From a virus (Duplodnaviria; Caudoviricetes), in the IMG/VR virus record IMGVR_UViG_3300042197_000988, positions 1 to 56,438 of that record: a stretch of DNA of 56,438 nt. One strand, given 5' to 3'. Position 1 is the stretch's first letter. Every line of letters begins with the position of its first letter. Below, in pieces: positions 31,961 through 41,188 of the stretch. A model generated the notes under the pieces. That model had not been told where the DNA came from, did no database searches, and saw only the letters and a list, made by a program, of their open reading frames with translations. The position numbers and the translations under genes were made by a program.

Positions 31961-32317
31961 TTATTCCTCGTCCGAGAAGACCCACTCGTCGATGCCGAGC
32001 GTGCTGGCTCGCACGACTCGCGCCTCGACGCTCGTCGGGACAAAGCCACGCCGCTCGCGCTCTGTTGCTTCGTCCCACCCCGCACGTATGGCCGCACAGG
32101 CTTCTTTGATCTGCTCCGGCGTAGGGTCTGGCTGGCGGCGGCCTTGCCTGTACCGCAGGCGGCGGTCGTGTCGCGGTTCAAGCCCCCAAGTTTTTTTCAA
32201 CCGGACGAGCTGGTCTTTGGTGATGCCGTACTTCTCACACAGAGCAGCGATCGGAATGTGCTTGTTCCAATCGGCACGAAACGACTTCACACATATCTTG
32301 TCTGTGTTTCCGGCCAT
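31961..32317 (-). CDS. HTH protein with DPTPEQI..A.IRAGW motif
   Basis: IAALCEKYGITKDQL HTH-like segment; similar to 34785..35051. Confidence 0.6.
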   Translation of the reverse strand: MAGNTDKICVKSFRADWNKHIPIAALCEKYGITKDQLVRLKKTWGLEPRHDRRLRYRQGRRQPDPTPEQIKEACAAIRAGWDEATERERRGFVPTSVEARVVRASTLGIDEWVFSDEE

Positions 32318-32383
32318 CCTTGGCCCAGCGGTGCGGCTTGATTGGACCTCGCCGTGCCGACAGGATGACCGGTTCGTCAAGTT

Positions 32384-32527
32384 TTACTTGGCGATCATGA
32401 ACAGGCCGACATTCGAGAACGAGTACCCCAGATAGGCGATTCCCATCGGCGTGTTGCCTTGACGGAACTGGTCAATGGCAACGTAGAGATAGATCAGGCC
32501 TGTGACCGCAATCAGCGAGCCGCTCAT
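32384..32527 (-). CDS. Small two-TM membrane protein (47 aa)
   Basis: Manual translation MSGSLIAVTGLIYLYVAIDQFRQGNTPMGIAYLGYSFSNVGLFMIAK. Confidence 0.65.
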   Translation of the reverse strand: MSGSLIAVTGLIYLYVAIDQFRQGNTPMGIAYLGYSFSNVGLFMIAK

Positions 32528-32530
32528 TTT

Positions 32531-32737
32531 TCAGTCTTCGAGCAAGACGTAAGGGATCATTTCCCGTATCGCCTCTGCGAGCTCCCTTGTCTCTTGGGAT
32601 GCCTGGCCGTGTTTCAGCAACGACCGCAGCTTCTGGTCAATGTCCCAAAGCACAACTTTTGCCTCCCGCCCCTGCTGGGCCGTTCGAAACTCAGCCTCCT
32701 CATCGGGGAGCGTGAATTGCAATGTTCCTGTGGGCAT
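32531..32737 (-). CDS. Hypothetical phage protein
   Basis: LQFTLPDEEAEF...LWDIDQKLRSLLKHG, a pattern I recognise from small phage proteins. Confidence 0.6.
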   Translation of the reverse strand: MPTGTLQFTLPDEEAEFRTAQQGREAKVVLWDIDQKLRSLLKHGQASQETRELAEAIREMIPYVLLED

Positions 32738-33054
32738 GTTCGTTCCTGTCATCCTGTGACAGCGGCTCGCAAACGGCAGGCACGCTATTTCCCGATTATT
32801 GCGTGACAGGCAATAGTCCCGAACTGGTCTACCTGTTACGAAACGTCGGCTCAAAGTTTTTCGGGCCTACGTTTTGTCACCTCACCTTGGCTGTGTAGTG
32901 CAGTTGTACGAAGCCCGCCCGATTGCACTTGTGCCGCAGCAACAGAGGTGTGGCGGGAACATCGGGAGGCCATCCCCGAAGACCTGTTCATTCAGGATTT
33001 GAAAGCCCCCGAAGGGGAACTCGGTGATTGACATCATTTTCGCTCAGTAGCGCA

Positions 33055-33747
33055 CTAGGCAACTGCCGCCCGTTGCGTGATGTACGTCATCGCCTGCTCG
33101 CCAACGTGACGGGTATAGGCTGGCGGGAAGCCTTCCTTCAGCTCTTCCCACGCCATGTCCCGATCGACGCCCATAGCCTCGCGACCCTCTTCGACCGTCT
33201 TGGCTGTCGATCCGCCGATGACGAACTTTCCCGTCTTCTTGCATACGCCTTTGCAAGTGTCGCCCATAACGTGATACACGCCAACCGGCTTACCTTGCTC
33301 CTTGTGCTTGCAGCCAGAGCCGACGAGTGGAAACGACGCCAGGAATAGCCGGTGCCGACGCACCTTCAGCCCGTAGGCCGATCCGCATTCGATGACGGCA
33401 TCATCCATGCCGGGCGCGCCAACGACGTTTTCCACCACCCAAGGGATGTCATACGTTCGTAGGAGGGCCAGCGTGGGCGTCAGGAGGTCGCCGTGTCTGC
33501 TTCTGCCACCCTGTGCCTCGCGGAGATGCTTGGCCCGCGTATGGGCCTGACAGGGCGGCGAGGCGTGAATAAGGTCGAACTGTGAGACGAACGCCCGATC
33601 CCCGAGAACTGCAAGAGCGTGCGCCCAGACAAAGCGGTACGGGTAGCTCGCCCGCAGGAATATATCCACGCCGGTCGGCTCAAAGCCCGCTTGGGCGTAG
33701 CCGTCAGCCGCCATCCCGGCACCGCAGAAAAGATCAAGCACACGCAT
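33055..33747 (-). CDS. DNA (cytosine-5) methyltransferase, short phage type
   Basis: LDLFCGAG (motif I), ASPPCQ (IV), VVENV (VI), RRHRLF (VIII). Confidence 0.88.
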   Translation of the reverse strand: MRVLDLFCGAGMAADGYAQAGFEPTGVDIFLRASYPYRFVWAHALAVLGDRAFVSQFDLIHASPPCQAHTRAKHLREAQGGRSRHGDLLTPTLALLRTYDIPWVVENVVGAPGMDDAVIECGSAYGLKVRRHRLFLASFPLVGSGCKHKEQGKPVGVYHVMGDTCKGVCKKTGKFVIGGSTAKTVEEGREAMGVDRDMAWEELKEGFPPAYTRHVGEQAMTYITQRAAVA

Positions 33748-33814
33748 CCTTGTTGCACCATTCAATCTATGCGGTGAACTGTTAAGGATTACTTACTAGT
33801 TCGCTACCTGACGG

Positions 33815-34090
33815 CTATAGGGTCTTAGTCCGCTGCCACAACCCCTGCAACGCGGTCGCTATCCGCTCGCAGTCGGGATCGTCGTTGTTCTCGGCGTAGG
33901 CTTCCGCCGCGACCCGCAGCGCCTCCCGCTCCGCGTCGGTTAGCGTGGAATCAATAGTCACAGTCACGTTGCCGTCGCAGACCGACAGCGTGGCGTCCTC
34001 CTCCGCCAGGCGTCGGATAGCCTCACGCAGACGCCGCACCTCTGCGGCCAGCAACTCGGGGTCACGGCAGGTTTCGGCGTCAATTCTCAT
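33815..34090 (-). CDS. Hypothetical protein (LTDAEREAL motif)
   Basis: ORF with helical, phage-like composition. Confidence 0.5.
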   Translation of the reverse strand: MRIDAETCRDPELLAAEVRRLREAIRRLAEEDATLSVCDGNVTVTIDSTLTDAEREALRVAAEAYAENNDDPDCERIATALQGLWQRTKTL

Positions 34091-34494
34091 ATTCGAATAT
34101 CGACGAAAAACGTGTCTTTTACGATACGTTTGGGGAACGTATCAGAATTGATACTGGACGCGAACATTCTACCCGATGCGTTTACGGCGCGATATGGGTT
34201 TTCTTTGATTCGCGAATCGCGAATACACCCACGGTATACGGCAGCGCACCAAATCAAAGTATTTGACACTTGGTGTGGAGTGACACAGTTTTCCTGTGTC
34301 GATCCGCTCCAGTTCTCAACACTACGGGTGTAGCGCATCACAGCCTCTTTACTTGAATGACTCGTTTGCCGTTGCCGTCCGTCGGTATCGCCACCTTCCG
34401 GCGTCGTCGCCCGCCCGCCTCGGTAGCCGTCGGCTGCAGGCCCGTGAGTGCGATCAGCGGTCCGCTCATGGCATCACCTTGTCTGTGTAGAGAA

Positions 34495-34797
34495 CTAGCG
34501 ACTCTTTCTTCGCGGCTGACTGTCGCCGTGGTCGTCAGCCATCCAGCGATTCGCCAACAACGCCCGCAGCGTCTCAATCTCCTTGGCACCGCGAGCCATG
34601 ATGTCTCGTGCAGTGCCGTAGATAGGGAGGCGAATCCACTCTTTCATACGAACCACAATATCTTCACCGCCGGCAGGGCCGCCCCCCCTTGTTTCGGATT
34701 GCTCGTGCTGCACAGGTGCCCCCCCCTCCAGTTGCTTTTCGAGGTCTGCGATCTTCGTTTGATAGAGGCCGCGTTCGTAGCCTGTCATCCTCGGCAC
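34495..34797 (-). CDS. Hypothetical protein
   Basis: ORF coupled to the upstream gene. Confidence 0.45.
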   Translation of the reverse strand: MPRMTGYERGLYQTKIADLEKQLEGGAPVQHEQSETRGGGPAGGEDIVVRMKEWIRLPIYGTARDIMARGAKEIETLRALLANRWMADDHGDSQPRRKSR

Positions 34798-35051
34798 CTC
34801 GCCTGATACTCACGCTCGGGTGTCCACTTGCTGCGGACTTCGGCCGCGCGTTCCTCAATCTCCTGCGGCGTCGGGAGCCACTTCGCCTCGCGTTGCGGGC
34901 GTGGCTTCTCCTTCCTGTGCAGGCCGTACCGGCGTCGAATCCGCTCGACCGTCTGCGGTTTCACGCCGAGTTCTCTCGCCACATCCTGCGGCGTCTTCGT
35001 CTCGTCGTTCCAGAGGCGGAACAGCAGTGGAACATTGACTTCCTTGACCAT
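34785..35051 (-). CDS. HTH protein with PTPQEIEERAAEVRSKW motif
   Basis: DVARELGVKPQTVERIRRRYGL HTH. Confidence 0.7.
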   Translation of the reverse strand: MVKEVNVPLLFRLWNDETKTPQDVARELGVKPQTVERIRRRYGLHRKEKPRPQREAKWLPTPQEIEERAAEVRSKWTPEREYQARCRG

Positions 35052-35054
35052 GCT

Positions 35055-36239
35055 CTACTCCTTGATAATGGGGCTGATGGAACACCGGCAGTTGATCGAC
35101 TCCAGCGTGAGCTGCGACTCTTGGTTCTCTCCGAAGATGCGAACCGGCTCAGACGGGTCGAGCATCGCCAGCCAATCCGTTGCGAGCCTCGGGTCGAACG
35201 TCACGCTGAACTCGTCCCCAAAGGCTGACAGGCCACACTTCGACTCCGACTTCCCGCACTCTGCTGAAGACGCCCGGAACGTCGCAGAGCCGCCGCCGAC
35301 GGTCATCGTGATCCCGCGACTTGTCTCGCTGGAGCACACGGCACACATCTCGATCGCGTTGAGCAGGGCACCGGCTGGCGTCCGCGACGGCTGTGTCGTG
35401 TACTCCTTCAGTGCCTTTCGCCACTTGGGGAACTCACCCGACAGCAGCAGGGCATCAAACTCGATCATGCCGAGCCCAGCTTCGCTTTCTTCTTCGTCGT
35501 CGCCTTCTTCTTCAATGAACCACGCCTCGACGCAGCCCGGCCTTGCGAAGAGTTGCACGGCCTTCTCGCCGCCGGCCAGCGAAGAGATCCGCAGCATCGC
35601 GTCCACGGCTTTGCGCGGCACGAGCACGCTTGCGTTGTCCAGGCTCTGGTCGATCTCGCACGAGGCGACGCACAGCCGGTGACCGTCGGTGCCGACGAAC
35701 GAGAGCACGCCGTCCGTGAACTCGATCAGGACGCCGTTGAGTGCATACCTGCCCGCGTCCTTAGCGCACGCGATGACCACCGACTTCATCAGATCGTGGA
35801 ACTGGTCGGCCGGGAGTCTCGCCAGCGGTTTCTGGCCAGCCTTGTCCCATGCGGCAGGGAACGTCTCTGCTGCCTCTGTCGGGAACGACCACCTGCCGCC
35901 GCTCGCCTTGATGCCAAGATGCGTTCCAGCGTGCTGGAGCGTCAGCGTGTCTTCGTAGCGGCACATTCCCGCGATTGACTTCAGGTGCTTGAACGGCACC
36001 AGCGCAGTCATGTCGTAGTCGATGCCAGAGTTCGCCGAGATCCGCATCTCGTTGTTCGTGGCGTGAACCCTGCCGTATTTCAGCAGGACGTTACGGAGCA
36101 CCTGCACCGGCGTTCGGTCTGGTACAGCCGGTTCCACGGCCGCAAGAGCGAGCCGAAGTGTCTGGAGCCTTGAGCGCAACGTGCCACTGCTTGCTGCTTT
36201 GCTCGTGCTCGTGCTCGTTTCGAGTTCCGCTACCGCCAT
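35055..36239 (-). CDS. DNA polymerase III beta sliding clamp homolog (DnaN-like)
   Basis: RYALNGVLIE, VGTDGHRL, VLVPRK, GEFPKWR, terminal ISPI. Confidence 0.88.
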   Translation of the reverse strand: MAVAELETSTSTSKAASSGTLRSRLQTLRLALAAVEPAVPDRTPVQVLRNVLLKYGRVHATNNEMRISANSGIDYDMTALVPFKHLKSIAGMCRYEDTLTLQHAGTHLGIKASGGRWSFPTEAAETFPAAWDKAGQKPLARLPADQFHDLMKSVVIACAKDAGRYALNGVLIEFTDGVLSFVGTDGHRLCVASCEIDQSLDNASVLVPRKAVDAMLRISSLAGGEKAVQLFARPGCVEAWFIEEEGDDEEESEAGLGMIEFDALLLSGEFPKWRKALKEYTTQPSRTPAGALLNAIEMCAVCSSETSRGITMTVGGGSATFRASSAECGKSESKCGLSAFGDEFSVTFDPRLATDWLAMLDPSEPVRIFGENQESQLTLESINCRCSISPIIKE

Positions 36240-36347
36240 GACAAGAGTCCTTTCTTTTGCAGAGAGCGATCCCGACGGAAATACCGACCGCGAACGTCAC
36301 GCTGTTCACGATCCCTCCAAGTCCCACCAATGCAACCTGTTCGATGC

Positions 36348-36623
36348 TCATGTTGCCTCCTCGAGTTTCGGCTCTATGCGGACTGTGCCGCCGTTGCCCT
36401 GTTCGTTGATCACCTCGACTGCGGTCAGCCCTGCCAGCCTGTTCATGAGTTTGTCGGCGAGGATCATGGGGTCGTCGTCTTCGTCGGCCAGCGTGGCGGC
36501 GCACAACGCCGTCTCGTCAGCAGCCTCCTCGCATAACTCGCATGTCCCTTCGTTCGCTTCGATCCACAATCGGATCGTCAGCGTTCCGGCGGAGACTTTT
36601 CTGGTCAGGTTGTAAACACGCAT
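36348..36623 (-). CDS. Hypothetical protein
   Basis: Acidic ORF in the replication operon. Confidence 0.5.
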   Translation of the reverse strand: MRVYNLTRKVSAGTLTIRLWIEANEGTCELCEEAADETALCAATLADEDDDPMILADKLMNRLAGLTAVEVINEQGNGGTVRIEPKLEEAT

Positions 36624-36879
36624 TTGCTTCCTCCCGTGAAGTGACGACGTGACATTCTGCACCTCCCTTGGCACGTATGTCGTTCATCGTTTTGACCTGC
36701 AGAGGCGTGGGCTTCTTGCCAGGCTGCTTGACTTCGAGCCAGACGGCCCTCCCGTCTTTGATGCACAGCAGGTCCGGAAGACCCGCCTGAAACTGGCTTC
36801 CGTGAATCTTCCTGACCCAGTAGCCAAGCGACTTCGCCAGACGCACGATCGACTCAACAATCGCAGACTCGCGTGGCAT
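36517..36879 (-). CDS. VRR-NUC domain nuclease/resolvase
   Basis: AGLPDL, WLEVKQPG..PTPLQ. Confidence 0.88.
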   Translation of the reverse strand: MPRESAIVESIVRLAKSLGYWVRKIHGSQFQAGLPDLLCIKDGRAVWLEVKQPGKKPTPLQVKTMNDIRAKGGAECHVVTSREEANACLQPDQKSLRRNADDPIVDRSERRDMRVMRGGC

Positions 36880-36961
36880 TCCTTTGCCCCTTTTGTCCTC
36901 GAAAGGTCGGATACGCAAACAATCATTGTGATCGGCTGTTTTTTGTCAAGCAGAGTTCTTC

Positions 36962-37004
36962 AAAAAAGTGGCCCCAGAGGCGGGAGGGTTCCTCTGGGGC
37001 CACT
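36962..37004 (-). terminator. Rho-independent terminator
   Basis: 14-bp stem AGTGGCCCCAGAGG/CCTCTGGGGCCACT followed by a T-run on the minus strand. Confidence 0.85.
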
Positions 37005-37128
37005 GACACCACCTGCCCGAAGTGACAGAGGCATTGATGTCTGCTGTGGATACTCGCCTCTCACAGCACGGCGACCGATGCGGCTGGCTACAGAATGGAG
37101 CCGCTACGCCCACGGTGGGGCTGGCTGA

Positions 37129-37458
37129 TCAGGCACTCTGCGAAAGGTATTCGCTGATTCGTCCTCCGAGTTTTTCGTTGTTCTTCGCCATCCACTCCAG
37201 ATACTGGCGTCCGTTCGGCTGCGTGTCGGCCTCGGCGAGCGTGAGCCCTTTGAACCGGCCGAACTGAAACCGAAACGCCTCGCCCGACTTCGTTTCCGAA
37301 GCCTCTTGCGTTCGCTGGAGCCGCCGTTTCTGGACGTCTTCCCGCAGCCCGCAGTAGACGCACCAGAGCGTGACGTAGCCCTCTCGTGGCTCGTCCATGA
37401 TGTCGTGGGCACCGCCGCCGCAGCGGCTGCACTCGTGGTCAAGCACCAAGTCAGTCAT
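37129..37458 (-). CDS. Zn-ribbon protein with FGRFKG (DUF3820/ExoX C-terminal-like) domain
   Basis: CSRC, CVYC, FQFGRFKGLTL...YLEWM. Confidence 0.65.
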   Translation of the reverse strand: MTDLVLDHECSRCGGGAHDIMDEPREGYVTLWCVYCGLREDVQKRRLQRTQEASETKSGEAFRFQFGRFKGLTLAEADTQPNGRQYLEWMAKNNEKLGGRISEYLSQSA

Positions 37459-39104
37459 AGAACCTCCATGCGTGGCGTTCCGGGACGCCCCTCGTTGATG
37501 ACATACAGGTTGCGTCGGGTCCGCGTGACTCCGACGTAGGCGATGCGGCACTCTTCGTCGTGCTGCTGGGCGTCCTCCGCCCCCGCAGACACTCGGTTGC
37601 TGGTGGTTGTGAGCAGGGCGACGTTGTCGGCCTCGGCCCCTTTCACGGAGTGGATCGTGCCGACGCGCACCTTCGGCTCGGAAGTGAGGTCGCTGCCCCA
37701 GCGTTCGGCCTGTTCTCGCCACTCGGAACCACGATCGACGAGCGACACCCACTCCTTCGTCGAGATCGCGTTCATGAGCCCCTCCGTTGCGCCGACCTCC
37801 GGGAGCTCGCTGGGGAAGATCAGGTCCCACTTCTGCGACTCATCTGAGTTTTTCCACCTCGTCTTCGTGCCTCGCACAAGGATCTTCTGCTTGGTCTTGT
37901 CGATCTGCGGCAGAAGCTCCATCGCACGCATCCACTGTGCCGCAGTGATCGGCTCCCCTTTCTCCAGTGCGTACAACGCCTGCATGCCGATGGATCGTGC
38001 GGTCGCCCCGTCCGGGCTCGTCGTCCACTTCACCGGCTTCTTCGCCTCGGCCATCGCTGCGAACAGTCGCGTCGCCTGAAAGTTTGTGCGTGCGATCAGG
38101 AGCCACGACTCATTCGGATCGACGTTCGCGACAGCCTGCTCAATCGAGTTCACCTCGCTGACCGACCCCTCGTGGTCGGCCGGTGCGATCTTCCGATCGA
38201 AGTAGCCACGGTGCATCCGCCGCAGGCAGCGTTCCCCAAGTTCGGCGACCGGCTTCGGACACCGCCACGACTTCGGCATCGTCCGCTCCTTCGAGGCGTT
38301 CCATGCTAAGAAGCACTCGGCACTTGATCCGGCGAATCCGTAGATCGCCTGGAACGGGTCGCCCACGACATAGCACCACTTCACGCTCGGTGCCGACACG
38401 AGCCGCTTGCAGACAGCGTCGAGCAACGGCGAGGCGTCTTGCTGCTCGTCGAACAGCCACGCCTCCACGGGGGGGAGGTCGCCCTCTTCGCTCTTATTAT
38501 ATGGGCCTTCTTGCGGACTCATTCCGAGCCCAGCGAAGCGCATAAGCAAATCCGTGAAGTCGAGCCGGTCGTGCAGGTTCTTCGCCGTCTCGTAATGTTC
38601 GGCTATCCGAACAATCGCGGCGAAGTCAGGCACCGTGTCGTCAATCGATCGCGCCCGGCTGACGATCGTCTTGAGCGGAATGAGCGACGAGCGACACAAC
38701 GCCCAGCAGTTGAGTGAAGCCGCAACAGTGGGGTCGCCGACGTACTTCACGCCCCCCGTCTCCTCGTCGTACTGCGAGGACACCTTCACGCCGAGTGCCT
38801 CGCTGAGCCACTTCACATCTTCGGCAGTCTCGGTGATGAGCTGCCCGGAAGACACGCCGATGCACCGCATGGCAGTACTGTGGACCGTGCGGAACCATCC
38901 GTCCTGCGTCAGCAGGCGTTCGCTGACGCCCCACGCCGCCGCCGCCCGCCCCGCCGCCTCGGCCCGTGCGGCACGGGTAAACGACGCAAAGCCGAGCCGC
39001 AGGGGGTCATCACCCAACTGCTCCAGAGCCCCGTCCATGATTCGGAGCAGTTCGGTTGTCTTCCCCGTCCCGGCACCACCAATCAGTCTCGCTATCTTCG
39101 CCAT
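37455..39104 (-). CDS. UvrD/Rep-like SF1 helicase
   Basis: GGAGTGKT, FDEQQD, VGDPFQAIYGF, SWRCP, TIHSVKGAE, YVGVTR. Confidence 0.92.
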   Translation of the reverse strand: MAKIARLIGGAGTGKTTELLRIMDGALEQLGDDPLRLGFASFTRAARAEAAGRAAAAWGVSERLLTQDGWFRTVHSTAMRCIGVSSGQLITETAEDVKWLSEALGVKVSSQYDEETGGVKYVGDPTVAASLNCWALCRSSLIPLKTIVSRARSIDDTVPDFAAIVRIAEHYETAKNLHDRLDFTDLLMRFAGLGMSPQEGPYNKSEEGDLPPVEAWLFDEQQDASPLLDAVCKRLVSAPSVKWCYVVGDPFQAIYGFAGSSAECFLAWNASKERTMPKSWRCPKPVAELGERCLRRMHRGYFDRKIAPADHEGSVSEVNSIEQAVANVDPNESWLLIARTNFQATRLFAAMAEAKKPVKWTTSPDGATARSIGMQALYALEKGEPITAAQWMRAMELLPQIDKTKQKILVRGTKTRWKNSDESQKWDLIFPSELPEVGATEGLMNAISTKEWVSLVDRGSEWREQAERWGSDLTSEPKVRVGTIHSVKGAEADNVALLTTTSNRVSAGAEDAQQHDEECRIAYVGVTRTRRNLYVINEGRPGTPRMEVL

Positions 39105-39109
39105 CTTGT

Positions 39110-39300
39110 CACCTCAGTTGATTATTCGCATACTTTTCTGCCGCAAATCAGAGCCTCGCGGGACTTTTTGTGCGGCAAAAAGTTTTTCGCGAGGGGTTTT
39201 CCCGGCAGGCAAACCCCTGAAAAACAAGAGCGAAACGCTTCTGCCGGGAAAACCGGGAACGAAAAAGCATGTTCAGGGGGTGCACGAAAAATCTCCTATA
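39110..39300. promoter_or_regulatory. Putative replication origin
   Basis: Non-coding, A/T-tract-rich gap between primase and helicase with a 14-bp inverted repeat GGTTTTCCCGGCAG/CTGCCGGGAAAACC and further imperfect inverted repeats. Confidence 0.5.
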
Positions 39301-39303
39301 TAA

Positions 39304-41088
39304 CTAGGCGGGATTTGCGGGGGCTTCCTTCGGCTGCTCGTCTGGCTGCTCTGGCTCCTCCGGCTGCTCGTTGGCGATCCGCTCCAGCACCGCAAACTCG
39401 TGCTTCGACCACACGACGTAGGATTTCCTGGTTCCGCCGATATGCCGAAACTCCGCGTGGGCGAAGTCCTTTGCCCCGTCGAGCCGCGCCAGAATCCTCC
39501 GCTTCAGGGCCAGCCGCTCTCCCTCGTTGACCCGGTGCTGCCGCTCGATGTCCTCCCAGACCTTGCTCCACGAGAACCAGAGCGTGCCGTCCTGCCGCCA
39601 CGCGGCCCTTCCGGTCGGGTCGGGGATGTCATCGTCGCTTGGCTGGGCCGCCTGCGAGAGCCGATCGTAGAGCCACCCGGCCAGAATGACGTACCGCAGG
39701 CTCGACGCCCCCGGCCATTCGTGGCCGACGTTGTCCAAGAGTTTCGCCTTCACGCCACGGGCGATTCGCGTCTCCGTGATCGGCTTCCCCTTGTCGTCGT
39801 GACCCTTGACATCGACGATCTTCGTGCCACCGTCCCAGATCTTTCGCCACTTTCCCGGATGGTCATCGAGCATGATGACGCCGGTGGCAGCCAGCACCGC
39901 TGCGGCAACCTTGGTAGCACTTCGGTACTGATCCACAGTGAGCGACACGTTACCCGTGTTGCCCTGCGTCCACTGCCGCCACGCTGGGACGTGCAGGCGA
40001 TACTCAAGCGGATCGGAGTGAACGACCGTGAGTTGCCACTCCCCCGGCCCCCACTCCGGCGACGAGTCGCTGCCGGGGATGAGCGGCCCGAACGACAGGC
40101 CAGACTCCGTGAAGGCACGCATCCACGCACGCTGCGGCGAGGCGTCCTTCGCCTTTCCGCTTTTCTTGGCTTGCTCCTTCTCCGCAGCACTCATCTCGGC
40201 GATGCGGATCGCCTCGCCGGGGTCGATGCCCGCCGCTCGCGACTTCCTGACGTAGCCGATCGCCGACCGAAAGATCGCGACCACTTCGTCGTCCTCGAGC
40301 GGGGGCTTGCACTGCATCGCGTTCGCCCCGCGAATCTTCATGAGCAGGTCTTGCTGCTCGGTGCTGTCATCGAGGTTCGCCCCACACCGGAACGCCTCGC
40401 GTACCGCGAAACGATGGATCGTGCTGTTCCGCTCGCCGCTTTTCACTGGTTCATGCAACGCAAGCCGCGCCGGTTTTCTGGTGACGAGCCCGCCAGCACG
40501 AAACCCGGAGCCGTCATCATTCCATAGCAGGTTCGCCAACTTCTCCGGGAGCGGCTGCAACTCAACGTCATCCGGCGACAGGCCAGACACCCACTCGTAG
40601 CGGATGCCCGTGTGGTGCGTGCTCGGCGGGATCACCGACTGTGCCGCCGACCCGCCGTTGCCGATCCGAACCTCAATACCCATCACCTTGCGAACGGCCG
40701 TCGCAGGAAGCCCCTCGTCCCACCGAAAGAGCCGGTGCGGCCCCCGGCCAGCCACATAGGTCGGCGTCCAGATCTCACCCAGGCCGAGTGACTCCCATGA
40801 CGCTTTGGCCTCTGGCCCGTCCAGTTCAACGTCGATCACGCCGGACTTCGGCCCCAGCAGCAGGCCGATGTTCACTGGCTTCCCTTCGTCGAACCACTCC
40901 GTGATTGTGGCTTCATCGCTCGCCGCCGACAGGTGCCACGCATCACCGACCGGATGCTTTCCCGGTGTCGCGCAGTCTTTCCCCTTCCAGCATGTGCAGA
41001 CCTCCGGCTCTGCGACCCCGTACAACCTGACGATCTTCCAGCCGCGTGATGCGTAGCCACACGCCATGGCTCCAATTCCAGCAGTCAT
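39304..41088 (-). CDS. Bifunctional primase-polymerase (Prim-Pol) with PriCT-like domain
   Basis: CTC...CATPGKHP, NIGLLLG, IDVELD, GPHRLF, VIPPSTH, GERN, CKPPL. Confidence 0.85.
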   Translation of the reverse strand: MTAGIGAMACGYASRGWKIVRLYGVAEPEVCTCWKGKDCATPGKHPVGDAWHLSAASDEATITEWFDEGKPVNIGLLLGPKSGVIDVELDGPEAKASWESLGLGEIWTPTYVAGRGPHRLFRWDEGLPATAVRKVMGIEVRIGNGGSAAQSVIPPSTHHTGIRYEWVSGLSPDDVELQPLPEKLANLLWNDDGSGFRAGGLVTRKPARLALHEPVKSGERNSTIHRFAVREAFRCGANLDDSTEQQDLLMKIRGANAMQCKPPLEDDEVVAIFRSAIGYVRKSRAAGIDPGEAIRIAEMSAAEKEQAKKSGKAKDASPQRAWMRAFTESGLSFGPLIPGSDSSPEWGPGEWQLTVVHSDPLEYRLHVPAWRQWTQGNTGNVSLTVDQYRSATKVAAAVLAATGVIMLDDHPGKWRKIWDGGTKIVDVKGHDDKGKPITETRIARGVKAKLLDNVGHEWPGASSLRYVILAGWLYDRLSQAAQPSDDDIPDPTGRAAWRQDGTLWFSWSKVWEDIERQHRVNEGERLALKRRILARLDGAKDFAHAEFRHIGGTRKSYVVWSKHEFAVLERIANEQPEEPEQPDEQPKEAPANPA

Positions 41089-41114
41089 CGTTCACCCCGT
41101 AATGAATGTGTGAG

Positions 41115-41162
41115 AAAAGAAAGAAGCACCGGGGCGGGGCGTCCTGTCCCACGCCCCGGTGC
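41115..41162 (-). terminator. Rho-independent terminator
   Basis: 11-bp stem GCACCGGGGCG/CGCCCCGGTGC followed by TTCTTTCTTTT on the minus strand. Confidence 0.8.
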
Positions 41163-41188
41163 AAACGTGCGCTTCCGTGCGCGGCCGA

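Noticed and set aside
34087-34341. 84-aa ORF and its antisense 73-aa ORF
   Set aside because: Atypical composition and no motifs; cannot be supported as a gene
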